In this document: piece after piece, positions 10,542 through 19,285 of the stretch
Numbering within the stretch: the stretch's first letter is position 1
How the letters are laid out: the number at the start of each line of letters is the position of its first letter
From: an uncultured Cytophagia bacterium
GTDB taxonomy: Bacteria; Zhuqueibacterota; Zhuqueibacteria; Oceanimicrobiales; Oceanimicrobiaceae
Reading direction: 5' to 3'
Length of the DNA stretch: 64,000 bases
NCBI GenBank assembly: GCA_964539665.1
Contig: CAZIKB010000001.1
Location: 100,014 to 164,013, forward strand
Notes under the pieces: generated by a model
What the model was told of the DNA's origin: nothing
Seen by the model: the letters and a program-made list of their open reading frames with translations, nothing else
The model's database searches: none
Made by a program: the position numbers and the translations under genes

Positions 10542-11576
10542 TCAGCTCAAATTGGCGTACAATTTATGTGTTAAAATTTTTCCCATGTAATCTACCAATG
10601 ATATGATTTTAGGATAGTGCATGCGGGTAGGCCCAACCACGCCTAAAGTTCCCGTTATATTTCCAATATGGTATCTCACTGAAATGATACTGCACCCTTG
10701 AAAAAAGTCCTCCTTATTTTCTTCACCGATACTAATTTTAATTTTTTCTTCCGATATCTCATCAAAATAGTTCAGGATACATTGTTTGCTTTCGAATATT
10801 TCTAATATTTTTGCTGTTTCCTTGCTATCCGAAAACTCCGGATTGGATACAATATTGTGGGTACCGCCTAAATGTACACTTTTCTGGACTTCAAAATTGA
10901 ATAGTTTTTTTGATGATTTCATTATAATAGAAATTAAATTATTATCCATAAAATCATTAGTCAATCGTAGATCAATGGTTTCTTTAATTTCCTGTAAAGA
11001 TAAACCCGATAATCGTTCATTAATAAACCATGATGTTTTATTTAGTTGATCGTTGGTAAATTTCACATCAACATCTAACATGATTGTTTTGACTAGTCCG
11101 GATTTTATTGTAATAACCGCTAATATTTTAGTATCAGAAATTGACACCAGGTCCATCTTTTGAAAAATTCCATGATGAAATCTGGGCTCCAGTACTACTC
11201 CCAACTGGCTTGATAATTTTCCAAGAATATATGAAGATGCTTCAAACAAATCATACACATCCAATGTAACTTTGCGTAAATTGTCCAATATTAATCTTCG
11301 GTCACTTTTAGTTAAAGTCGGAACAGCCATGAGATTATCAACATAACAGCGATAGCCTTTATCCGTGGGAATGCGTCCAGCCGATACGTGAGGCTGTATT
11401 AAATATCCCATCTCTTCGAGATCGTTCATGACATTGCGAATTGTTGCAGGGCTAATACCTAATTTGTGCTTTTTAGCTAAATAACGAGATCCCACCGGAC
11501 AAGCATTTTGCACAAAACTTTCAACAACGCAATTTAAAATCCTGGTTTCTCTCTGTGAAAGTACCAAAGCGCTCAT
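10542..11576 (-). CDS. hrcA: heat-inducible transcription repressor HrcA
   Basis: Winged-helix N-terminus VGSRYLAKKHKLGISPATIRNVMNDLEEMGYL. Sits in an hrcA-grpE-dnaJ operon. The ORF track starts at a TTG at 11585; the ATG at 11576 (MSALVLSQRE) is preferred. Confidence 0.9.
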   Translation of the reverse strand: MSALVLSQRETRILNCVVESFVQNACPVGSRYLAKKHKLGISPATIRNVMNDLEEMGYLIQPHVSAGRIPTDKGYRCYVDNLMAVPTLTKSDRRLILDNLRKVTLDVYDLFEASSYILGKLSSQLGVVLEPRFHHGIFQKMDLVSISDTKILAVITIKSGLVKTIMLDVDVKFTNDQLNKTSWFINERLSGLSLQEIKETIDLRLTNDFMDNNLISIIMKSSKKLFNFEVQKSVHLGGTHNIVSNPEFSDSKETAKILEIFESKQCILNYFDEISEEKIKISIGEENKEDFFQGCSIISVRYHIGNITGTLGVVGPTRMHYPKIISLVDYMGKILTHKLYANLS

Positions 11577-11644
11577 AACTAACAATCATGCTATTCTTAA
11601 CAATATTACATTCATTATCAGCATTTCAAAATGAAAATTATCGT

Positions 11645-11673
11645 AAGATAGTAATTTTTCTATTGTATGTCAA
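11645..11673 (-). promoter_or_regulatory. candidate sigma70-type promoter of hrcA-grpE-dnaJ
   Basis: On the minus strand: TTGACA (11673-11668), 17-nt spacer, TATCTT (11650-11645), about 70 nt upstream of the hrcA ATG. Sequence match only. Confidence 0.4.
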
Positions 11674-11712
11674 GCAAAAACTCTAATTGTAAAACTTGGT
11701 TTTAGCTTCAAA

Positions 11713-12582
11713 TTACAAATAACGTCTTATGGCGGTGAAGCTGCCAGTAAATCCTAACACTATACCTAGACTGGCGAGAACAGCATATATTTTCCAATCT
11801 ACTGATATGTATCCTGGAATTTCAATTGCTAATATTTTAATCATCGTGTACAAAAAGAGCGCTGAAAAAATGCCGCCAAGAAATCCTTGTGTTGTACCCT
11901 GGATATATAACGGCATTTGCACAAAAAATCTTGTTGCCCCGACCAATTTCATGGTTTCAATTATTCTCTTTTTTGATAAGATGATCAATCGAATATTATT
12001 GGAAACCAGGAGCAGCGCGCTTAAACAAACTATGATTCCAATGATAAAATCAATCGCAATTGCTACGTTAATATATTTTTCTAAAATAACTAGATATTCA
12101 CGACGATAAACAATCTCCTCTTCCTTTATATCGGATATAGAATTAATGTATTTAAAAACTTTTTCAGCGCCTGCAGAGTTTCTATATTTTACACTTAATT
12201 TAATCCTAAAAGAAGCTGGCAACGGATTATATCCCAGTGTTTCAAAATAATCCTCTTGCTGCTCCTTAAACAGGTTTTTGAATTCATTTTTTGCGGACTC
12301 TTTTGATATAAATGTTAAAGATTCAACTCCTTCATATCGTTTTATTTTATTTGAGAGCTCTTGAATCTTCATCTCATCTATTGAATCATCTAAAAAAACT
12401 TCTAATTCCACGCGGCTTCTTAAATTCTCAATCAGATGCCCTAAATTCACAGTAATAATTAAAAATATTCCTATTAGAATTAAAGAAATAGCTACAGTAA
12501 CGGTAGCAATAAATCCAGAAAAGCGAGCGCGGATTAATCCTCCAAAGCCCTCTCTTAATGAAAATATGAGACCTTGGCTCAA
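11713..12582 (-). CDS. ftsX: cell division permease-like protein FtsX
   Basis: 289-aa ORF with one N-terminal TM, a periplasmic domain and three C-terminal TMs. Overlaps ftsE by 4 nt. Confidence 0.85.
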   Translation of the reverse strand: MSQGLIFSLREGFGGLIRARFSGFIATVTVAISLILIGIFLIITVNLGHLIENLRSRVELEVFLDDSIDEMKIQELSNKIKRYEGVESLTFISKESAKNEFKNLFKEQQEDYFETLGYNPLPASFRIKLSVKYRNSAGAEKVFKYINSISDIKEEEIVYRREYLVILEKYINVAIAIDFIIGIIVCLSALLLVSNNIRLIILSKKRIIETMKLVGATRFFVQMPLYIQGTTQGFLGGIFSALFLYTMIKILAIEIPGYISVDWKIYAVLASLGIVLGFTGSFTAIRRYL

Positions 12583-13229
12583 CTCAAAGTCCTCCCATTT
12601 TTAATAAATATCACACGCTTTGAATTATTATTCACCAATTCGTAATTGTGGGTTGCCATCAAAACTGCCGTTCCCCGGGCATTTACTTTGTCAAGGACAT
12701 GCATAATTTCTACGGTCGTCTTGGGATCTAAATTTCCTGTTGGTTCATCGGCTAACAAAATAAATGGTTCGTTAACAATGGCTCTTGCAATGGCAACTCG
12801 TTGCTGTTCTCCTCCGGAAAGCTCGTTTGGCATTCTTCTGCTTTTAAGACTTAAACCAACATCAGCTAAAGCCCTTAATGTTTTCTTTTTGAGCTCTTTT
12901 CGACTTGCACCAGTAACCCTCAGAGCAAAAGCTACATTTTCAAAGACATCTCTATCTTCTATGAGCTTAAAATCCTGAAAAATGATTCCAATTTTTCTGC
13001 GCAGATATGGGATGTCTTTCCGCCGGATGTTATTGGAACTATAATTATCAACAAGCACATATCCTTCAAAAGGAAATTCATCCATGTAAATCATCCTTAA
13101 AACTGTACTTTTACCGGCTCCTGTCGGACCAACTAAATACACAAACTCTCCATTTTTAACATCGAAATTTACAAATTCTAATCCATCCCCACAAGGATAT
13201 TTCATTTTCAAATTATGCAATTTAACCAT
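12579..13229 (-). CDS. ftsE: cell division ATP-binding protein FtsE
   Basis: Walker A GPTGAGKST, signature LSGGEQQRVAIARA, Walker B LLADEPTGNLD. 216 aa, upstream of ftsX. Confidence 0.9.
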   Translation of the reverse strand: MVKLHNLKMKYPCGDGLEFVNFDVKNGEFVYLVGPTGAGKSTVLRMIYMDEFPFEGYVLVDNYSSNNIRRKDIPYLRRKIGIIFQDFKLIEDRDVFENVAFALRVTGASRKELKKKTLRALADVGLSLKSRRMPNELSGGEQQRVAIARAIVNEPFILLADEPTGNLDPKTTVEIMHVLDKVNARGTAVLMATHNYELVNNNSKRVIFIKNGRTLS

Positions 13230-13249
13230 ATTATTTACCGCACAAAACT

Positions 13250-14023
13250 TTATATTTTTTTTAAAACAAAATGTACCCGGTCTGATTTTTCAGAACCCGC
13301 TCGCATTGAAAAACCATCATATACACCAACGATTTGGAAACAATCTAATGGAATTATTGATTTAATCTCATCAATTCTATAAATTCTTTGAAGATGTTTC
13401 TCTTTATATACTGCGGCTGAATTTGAGTTCCACATTATATGAAATTCATTAATTTGAATTTTTTTTTGTAATGAAAAGGAAGATTGCCGAACATACTGAA
13501 AATCATCTGTTTGATCCTTCTCATAATATTGTTGAAAATTATTTCGGGAGTTTTTTTCAGTACAAATATCGAAAACAAACACGCCCCCTTTTTCTAAAGC
13601 TTTTGACGAATGATGGATAGTAGAGAGACATGTTTCCAGATCCATACAGTAGTTAATACTATCATAAGTACAAATTAGAGCATGAAACAGTTTTTTTACC
13701 TCAAACTGTAACATAGATCCCTGCCAAACTGGAATTTGCATTCCCTTATTTCGCGCCTTAAATTGAGTCAATTTAACCATCTTTTCTGATTCATCAAATC
13801 CAGCAACTTTGAATTTCAAATTAGTTAACTTGATCAATAAGTTGCCCGTTCCGCAAGAAATATCTAACACGTCGTTGACCTGAATATCGGCTTTTAAAAA
13901 AAGATCAGAAAGATAGTAAGCCCAACGCTGATAATTCACATGGCGCATTAAGTAATCATAGATGAAAGCCAATTGTGAATATGGTTTAACGGTCTCAGGA
14001 ATTTGAAGCCAATTGGACAGCAA
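13250..14023 (-). CDS. class I SAM-dependent methyltransferase
   Basis: 257-aa ORF with motif I VLDISCGTGN. Overlaps the pdxA 3' end by 29 nt. Confidence 0.7.
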   Translation of the reverse strand: MLSNWLQIPETVKPYSQLAFIYDYLMRHVNYQRWAYYLSDLFLKADIQVNDVLDISCGTGNLLIKLTNLKFKVAGFDESEKMVKLTQFKARNKGMQIPVWQGSMLQFEVKKLFHALICTYDSINYCMDLETCLSTIHHSSKALEKGGVFVFDICTEKNSRNNFQQYYEKDQTDDFQYVRQSSFSLQKKIQINEFHIMWNSNSAAVYKEKHLQRIYRIDEIKSIIPLDCFQIVGVYDGFSMRAGSEKSDRVHFVLKKI

Positions 14024-14993
14024 GCTTTATAGCCTCCTCTATACTACCTGAATCAGCGATCCCCCGTCCAGCGATATCATAGGCTGTACCATGATCTGGC
14101 GAAGTGCGGATTATAGGTAAACCAGCGGTATAATTTACTGCTTTTCCGAACGATTGCATTTTTAACGGAATTAGTCCTTGATCGTGATACATGGCTAAAT
14201 ATGCGTCAACATTATTTTCGTTTGTCCGAGCAAATAATGTATCAGCAGAAAATGGCCCCGCGGCATCTATGCCAATCTTTCTTGCTGCCTTTATTGCTGG
14301 TAAAATAATATCCAATTCTTCATTACCAAACATTCCCGCTTCACCAGCGTGCGGATTTAAAGCAGTAACAGCAATTTGGGGCTCAGGTATGTTAAATCTA
14401 TTCTGCAAATCATTATTTAATATTCTCAACTTACTTAATATTTTTTCCTTATTCAATAAATATGATATAGATTTTATTGCACAATGAGTGGTAACCAATC
14501 CAACTCTAAAGTTTCCACTCAATAAAACCATTACCACGTCAGCAATTTTGGTTTTTACTGCAAAAAATTCCGTTTGTCCCGGAAAGTGATAGCCGGCTAA
14601 ATTGAATGCCTGTTTTGAAATGGGCGCCGTTACAATTGCTTCAACCTTTCTTTCAAGCGCCAAATTTAAGGCATCCTTTAATGATTGACCAGCTATCTTG
14701 CCGCCAGAGACAGTCACCTGTCCGGTGTCTGGTTTGAATTCCTGTTCCAATTCCATATCCAATACTGTTACGTTATGCCCGGGCCGATCTATTTGAATAA
14801 AATCAGATATTCTTGTTAGATTTAAACTAATATTCAATTTTTGAAGCTGATCCATCAAAAAAGTAAGTGGTCCAATAATAACCGCCTGGCAAATTTCCTG
14901 GATTTCTTTTTTAGACAGGGCCTTTAAAATGATTTCAGGTCCTATGCCATTGGGATCGCCAATCGTGAAAGCAATTAGTGGTCTGTCGCTCAT
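13995..14993 (-). CDS. pdxA: 4-hydroxythreonine-4-phosphate dehydrogenase
   Basis: 332-aa ORF with TIGDPNGIGPEI, LNPHAGE and RTSPDHGTAYDIAG motifs. Confidence 0.88.
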   Translation of the reverse strand: MSDRPLIAFTIGDPNGIGPEIILKALSKKEIQEICQAVIIGPLTFLMDQLQKLNISLNLTRISDFIQIDRPGHNVTVLDMELEQEFKPDTGQVTVSGGKIAGQSLKDALNLALERKVEAIVTAPISKQAFNLAGYHFPGQTEFFAVKTKIADVVMVLLSGNFRVGLVTTHCAIKSISYLLNKEKILSKLRILNNDLQNRFNIPEPQIAVTALNPHAGEAGMFGNEELDIILPAIKAARKIGIDAAGPFSADTLFARTNENNVDAYLAMYHDQGLIPLKMQSFGKAVNYTAGLPIIRTSPDHGTAYDIAGRGIADSGSIEEAIKLAVQLASNS

Positions 14994-15010
14994 ATTTTAA
15001 AGCCGTAAAA

Positions 15011-15847
15011 TTAGGATTTCTGCGCGATTAAATAAGTTCTTACACCTTCAGAAACAAAGCTGACAAATAAACTATTTAAACCTAAAGCTTTACACATTCT
15101 ATAGACTAAAAGACTGCTTCGCTGGAGCAATTTTTCATTAAAATCATCCAGTGTTTCGTTTTTTAAAAAATACCTGTTAAAAACATGAATAATATAATAA
15201 AATATTACTGGAATCCGAGTTGAGTACTTTACTTCTTTTTCAAAAGTTCCCATTTCTATTACACGAAATCCAGCTTGTTCAGCCATGTCTTTTAATTCCT
15301 CCGGACGATAGGCAGTATGAAAGTACAAATTGCTTTCAACACCTTTCACTCCATATTTTTTCATTTCACCCACGCTTACCCAGTCAGGTCTCTTTATTTT
15401 ATAGTTTGGCGTGGTAATCAATAAATTGCCCCCGGATTTTAAAACCCGATAACACTCGGTTATCACACTTTGAGAATTGGGAACATGCTCTATCAACTCT
15501 GAACATAAAATAGAATTTATTGAATTTGGTCGAAGAAATGAGAGATTTTGAGCGTCCCCTTTAAAAAATGAAGCGCCGGGATTTCGCGTTTTTGCTGTTT
15601 GAAGCACTGAAAAGGCAATATCAATGCCAATGGCTCTGCCATTTAAATAATTTGAAATATAATATCCTCTATTGCATCCTAAATCCAGAAGGCATCCTTT
15701 GGTGTCTGTTAAGTACTTTAGTACAAATTGTTTGCGAAGCAAACCTCGAAGTGTACCAAAAACCACTTTTTCTTCAGGATAAAGCTTGCCAACTGATTCG
15801 TAGAATACTCGATAGTCTATCAGTGTATTGGGGGGCGTTTTGTTCAA
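15011..15847 (-). CDS. class I SAM-dependent methyltransferase
   Basis: 278-aa ORF with motif I LLDLGCNRGYY and post-I GIDI. Substrate unknown. Confidence 0.7.
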   Translation of the reverse strand: MNKTPPNTLIDYRVFYESVGKLYPEEKVVFGTLRGLLRKQFVLKYLTDTKGCLLDLGCNRGYYISNYLNGRAIGIDIAFSVLQTAKTRNPGASFFKGDAQNLSFLRPNSINSILCSELIEHVPNSQSVITECYRVLKSGGNLLITTPNYKIKRPDWVSVGEMKKYGVKGVESNLYFHTAYRPEELKDMAEQAGFRVIEMGTFEKEVKYSTRIPVIFYYIIHVFNRYFLKNETLDDFNEKLLQRSSLLVYRMCKALGLNSLFVSFVSEGVRTYLIAQKS

Positions 15848-15937
15848 CTTATTATTTTTAAGAATAGCATATAAGTGAATCCCAAATATATGGCGAGCAC
15901 AAATGAAAAGTCTGTGATCTGTAGTTAATTAATTTTG

Positions 15938-15980
15938 TTTAAAAAAACATACCTCACAAACAGCAATGTGTCTGTGAGGT
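15938..15980 (-). terminator. candidate Rho-independent terminator after the TPR gene
   Basis: 8-bp stem ACCTCACA/TGTGAGGT (15951-15958 and 15973-15980) followed on the minus strand by ATGTTTTTTT. The 14-nt loop is long, so the call is moderate. Confidence 0.45.
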
Positions 15981-16031
15981 ATAGTATATATGTATTGCTT
16001 AATCTATTATTGTAAAATAAATGTATGGTGA

Positions 16032-17477
16032 TCACTTAAACTGATAGAGCGCTGTAACCTCGCCATTATCGATATACAAGTTTATTTGATTGGGAACCTC
16101 TATTTTTCTCTTTACCTCAGAATCAGGCTGATATATCCATTCTTCAACAGTTTGGAACGCTTCTGATTCAATATTTTTGATTTGAGTTGGTTCTCCCAAA
16201 AGCGCTTTAACGTCTGCAACCAGCATTCCAACGTACACTTTATCATCCAGGGCGTACAATAATTCTTCAGCTTTGGCAAAAGCAAAACCTGCCAAAGACA
16301 TTTTTTCTATTCTCCCCGAAACGTTCCCTAATACTAACCAGAGATCCTGATCGTCTGAATTCATACTGGTGGCTAATTCAATATAGGGAAAGGACGCTCT
16401 AAAGTCGTTGACATGGGTTGTGTCTTCAGACTCTTCCTCGAGAGCATCGTATTTTTGCAGGCCCATTTTGAAATAGGTATAGCCAAGATTAAAGTTCGCA
16501 TCTTTAGATTCAGGTTGAATTGCATAAGATTTTTCAAATTGCACCAGTGCGTTTTCATAATCAATTGCATTAAAGAGCAAAGAACCATAATTAGTAATTA
16601 ATTGAAAATTTTCTGGATCCTCTGAGAGCGCATCCTGGAAAACAGTTTTGGCCTTTTCAATTTGCCCTGTTTCAGTGTAAGCCCGCGCCAGGTTGTCGGC
16701 TACTTCAGTATCACGAACGCCCTGTGACCAGAGATCTTCAAGAATTGGTAACGCTAAACTATCTTGTTTAACAATTGAATACGTTTGCGCAAGCATCACT
16801 TTAATATCAATATTCTCTGGTTTAAGTTCCACTGCTTTGACTAATGGTGCAACACTTTCTTCGTATTTACCCAAATTCCATAAGGCTGCGGCCATATTTT
16901 TATAAGCAAAAACACTATCCGGTAAAATAAGAGCAGATGCCTTAAAATTTTCAATCGCTATTTTATAATTACTATTTCTGGTTGAATCATCTTCAGTGCT
17001 TATTGCTTCATTAAAGCTGTTGACACCGATAGTGAAAATGTTTTGCCAGATATGTCGTCTTATCATATCGCTGCCAAGTTGAGAAAAAATAACGGAGCCG
17101 GAATTTAAAATTGTGCCTTTGTCTCCGTTGATTTTTATTCCATCGTCCTTAAATTTGGGTTTTAATTCAACAGCTTTATCGAAGGCTTCTACCATCTTTT
17201 CATACTTCTGTTGGCGTGCGTAAACATATCCAAAAAGATACCAGGCATCTTCATTGTTTGGATCGCGTTCAGTAATTTCTTTCGTCAATACTTCTATTGC
17301 TTTGTCTAATTGATTTTCACGAATATAAAGTTTAGCCCCTCTAACATTTGGGCCGCCGCCCGAAAAAACCTGAGAAACATCTATCAATAACAGGCTTAAT
17401 AAAGTAATCAGGAAAATCACATTTCCAGGTTTGTTTAAATAAAACGTCTGTTGTTTTGCAAGGGTAATGAATTTCAT
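16032..17477 (-). CDS. membrane-anchored TPR-repeat protein with BamE (SmpA/OmlA)-like C-terminal domain
   Basis: Multiple TPR-like A..Y/W..G repeats. C-terminus VGMLVADVKALLGEPTQ...EEWIYQ...LYIDNGEVT resembles BamE. Start moved to the ATG at 17477 (MKFITLAKQ), preceded by AAGGAGGA; the ORF track TTG is at 17516. Confidence 0.65.
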   Translation of the reverse strand: MKFITLAKQQTFYLNKPGNVIFLITLLSLLLIDVSQVFSGGGPNVRGAKLYIRENQLDKAIEVLTKEITERDPNNEDAWYLFGYVYARQQKYEKMVEAFDKAVELKPKFKDDGIKINGDKGTILNSGSVIFSQLGSDMIRRHIWQNIFTIGVNSFNEAISTEDDSTRNSNYKIAIENFKASALILPDSVFAYKNMAAALWNLGKYEESVAPLVKAVELKPENIDIKVMLAQTYSIVKQDSLALPILEDLWSQGVRDTEVADNLARAYTETGQIEKAKTVFQDALSEDPENFQLITNYGSLLFNAIDYENALVQFEKSYAIQPESKDANFNLGYTYFKMGLQKYDALEEESEDTTHVNDFRASFPYIELATSMNSDDQDLWLVLGNVSGRIEKMSLAGFAFAKAEELLYALDDKVYVGMLVADVKALLGEPTQIKNIESEAFQTVEEWIYQPDSEVKRKIEVPNQINLYIDNGEVTALYQFK

Positions 17478-17523
17478 TTTTCCTCCTTCAAATCTAATAG
17501 CTTTTAATAAAAACAATTGAGTG

Positions 17524-17552
17524 AAAATAACAAAAATCTATATTGAAGTCAA
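17524..17552 (-). promoter_or_regulatory. candidate promoter of the TPR gene
   Basis: On the minus strand: TTGACT (17552-17547), 17-nt spacer, TATTTT (17529-17524). Sequence match only. Confidence 0.3.
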
Positions 17553-17655
17553 TAAAAATATATCTCTATTAATCTTTAATTCTAAAACTGACCCATAAGT
17601 TCCTGATGTTATTTCCGAACCATTCTTGTGTTCGAGTTGCATCTGCATTAAAATT

Positions 17656-18669
17656 TCAGTTGTTGACAAAATGATCAAATCCTCTTTCAATTATCGATGA
17701 CTGAATGTGATTTACCCGCTTTAAAACAATTCCCTTTGAATTGTTCCTGATAGTGCCGATTTTTGTACAGGAAAGATTAAACCTTTGATTAAATACATTC
17801 TGAATCTCAGCAGTCATTTCCTGTGGAACAGTGAAAAGTAATTCAAAATCCTCACCTCCATTTAGAACATATTTAAAAGGATCGTTTTTAAAATATTCCG
17901 CGACAGGCTTTGTTTCTGGTGTTAGTGGGATTTGTCCCTCATGAATTATGGCGCCTACCTTGCTCCGTTTACAGATGTGATTTATTTCAGATGCCAGACC
18001 ATCGCTAATGTCAATCATTGCATGAACAGGAAAGTTATCGACAAGAAATTTCGCCTCTTCAATGCGAGGCTTTGGGGTGAGATGTTTTTCAACTGATGCA
18101 ACAAATTTGTCTTTTAACTGATTGTTTTGTGATTTTAAGATTTTTAATCCTGACTGGGAGCCGCCTAGTTTTCCTGTCACAAATATACTGTCTCCTGTTT
18201 GAGCGCCTGATCGCAAAGTTAATTTATTCCTGTCAACCTGTCCGACGATTGTGAGAGAAATAAAAATTCTATCTGGTGATTTGGTTGTATCGCCGCCAAT
18301 AATGGAGACTTGATATGAATCTGCCAAATCCTTCATGCCCTGATACATTTCAATCACCGAGTCTACCTGCAATTGCTCGGGCAAGCCAAGCGTTACAGTT
18401 GCGTAAACTGGCCACCCTGCCATGGCAGCCATATCACTTAAATTTGCAGCCATAGCACGCCAGCCTAATTGATAAAATGTAAAGTAGCTTAAATTAAAAT
18501 GAATGCCTTCAATTAAAGCGTCTGAGGAGATCAGGGAAACCTGGTCTTTTGATAACTTAAAAGCGGCGGCGTCATCATCAATTCCCACAATTAAATTTTC
18601 GGATGGCGAATTGACCAGACTTTTAATTTTATCAATCAGACCAAATTCGCCGATTTCTTTGAGGTTCAT
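17656..18669 (-). CDS. thiL: thiamine-monophosphate kinase
   Basis: 337-aa ORF with AIR-synthase-related fold motifs GIDDDAAAF, IIGGDTT and DISDGLASE. Confidence 0.88.
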   Translation of the reverse strand: MNLKEIGEFGLIDKIKSLVNSPSENLIVGIDDDAAAFKLSKDQVSLISSDALIEGIHFNLSYFTFYQLGWRAMAANLSDMAAMAGWPVYATVTLGLPEQLQVDSVIEMYQGMKDLADSYQVSIIGGDTTKSPDRIFISLTIVGQVDRNKLTLRSGAQTGDSIFVTGKLGGSQSGLKILKSQNNQLKDKFVASVEKHLTPKPRIEEAKFLVDNFPVHAMIDISDGLASEINHICKRSKVGAIIHEGQIPLTPETKPVAEYFKNDPFKYVLNGGEDFELLFTVPQEMTAEIQNVFNQRFNLSCTKIGTIRNNSKGIVLKRVNHIQSSIIERGFDHFVNN

Positions 18670-18672
18670 GGT

Positions 18673-19065
18673 TTAGTTGACTTGCACTAAAACCTGACGG
18701 GTTCTTGGCCCATCAAATTCACAGAAGAAGACGGCCTGCCAAGTACCCAATACTAACCTGCCTCGGCTAACAATTATAGAAACTGCGGAACCTACCAGGC
18801 TCGCTTTTATATGGGCCGCGGAATTGCCCTCCGCATGTAAATAGCCGTCGTTAAAAGGAACTATTTTGTTGAGTTCTTTGATCGTGTCATGTACGACGTC
18901 TGGATCCGCACCCTCGTTGATGGTAACGCCCGCTGTTGTGTGCGGGATAAACACAAGACACGAACCATCCTGGATTTGACTATCTTCTACAAGCTTTTGA
19001 ATTTGAATGGTTATTTTCAGAAACTCAACTTGTTTGCTGGTTCTAATTGAGAATTCTTTGAGCAT
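18673..19065 (-). CDS. YjbQ/UPF0047 family protein (secondary thiamine-phosphate synthase family)
   Basis: 130-aa ORF with HTTAGVTINEGADPDV and GNSAAHIKASLVG motifs. Lies 3 nt from thiL. Confidence 0.85.
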   Translation of the reverse strand: MLKEFSIRTSKQVEFLKITIQIQKLVEDSQIQDGSCLVFIPHTTAGVTINEGADPDVVHDTIKELNKIVPFNDGYLHAEGNSAAHIKASLVGSAVSIIVSRGRLVLGTWQAVFFCEFDGPRTRQVLVQVN

Positions 19066-19109
19066 GATTTATCCTTGCATAAACGCCATTTTTTAAATAG
19101 TCTGAATTA

Positions 19110-19262
19110 TTCACCGCAGTGGTCGCTGAGATCGCAGAGTTTAAATAATTTCAAATAATAATAGGAATTAGTAACTTGAAAATTTCCGTTAAACTTCTAT
19201 TTAAAAATATGTTTTGAAATTTCATAAAACAGCTCTGTGACCTTTGCGTTCTCTGCAGTTTA
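19110..19262. repeat. imperfect inverted pair of GC-rich mini-repeat blocks flanking an AT-rich spacer
   Basis: TTCACCGCAGTGGTCGCTGAGATCGCAGAG (19110-19139) and CTCTGTGACCTTTGCGTTCTCTGCAGTTTA (19233-19262). The second matches the reverse complement of the first at 20 of 30 positions. Each arm has about 9-nt periodicity. Confidence 0.5.
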
Positions 19263-19285
19263 TGAAGTAATCAGGATAGAATTGA

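Noticed and set aside
11577-11712. Expected CIRCE operator (TTAGCACTC-N9-GAGTGCTAA) upstream of hrcA
   Set aside because: I could not find a convincing match on either strand of the spacer; only a -35/-10 pair is visible. CIRCE may be restricted to groESL elsewhere in the genome.
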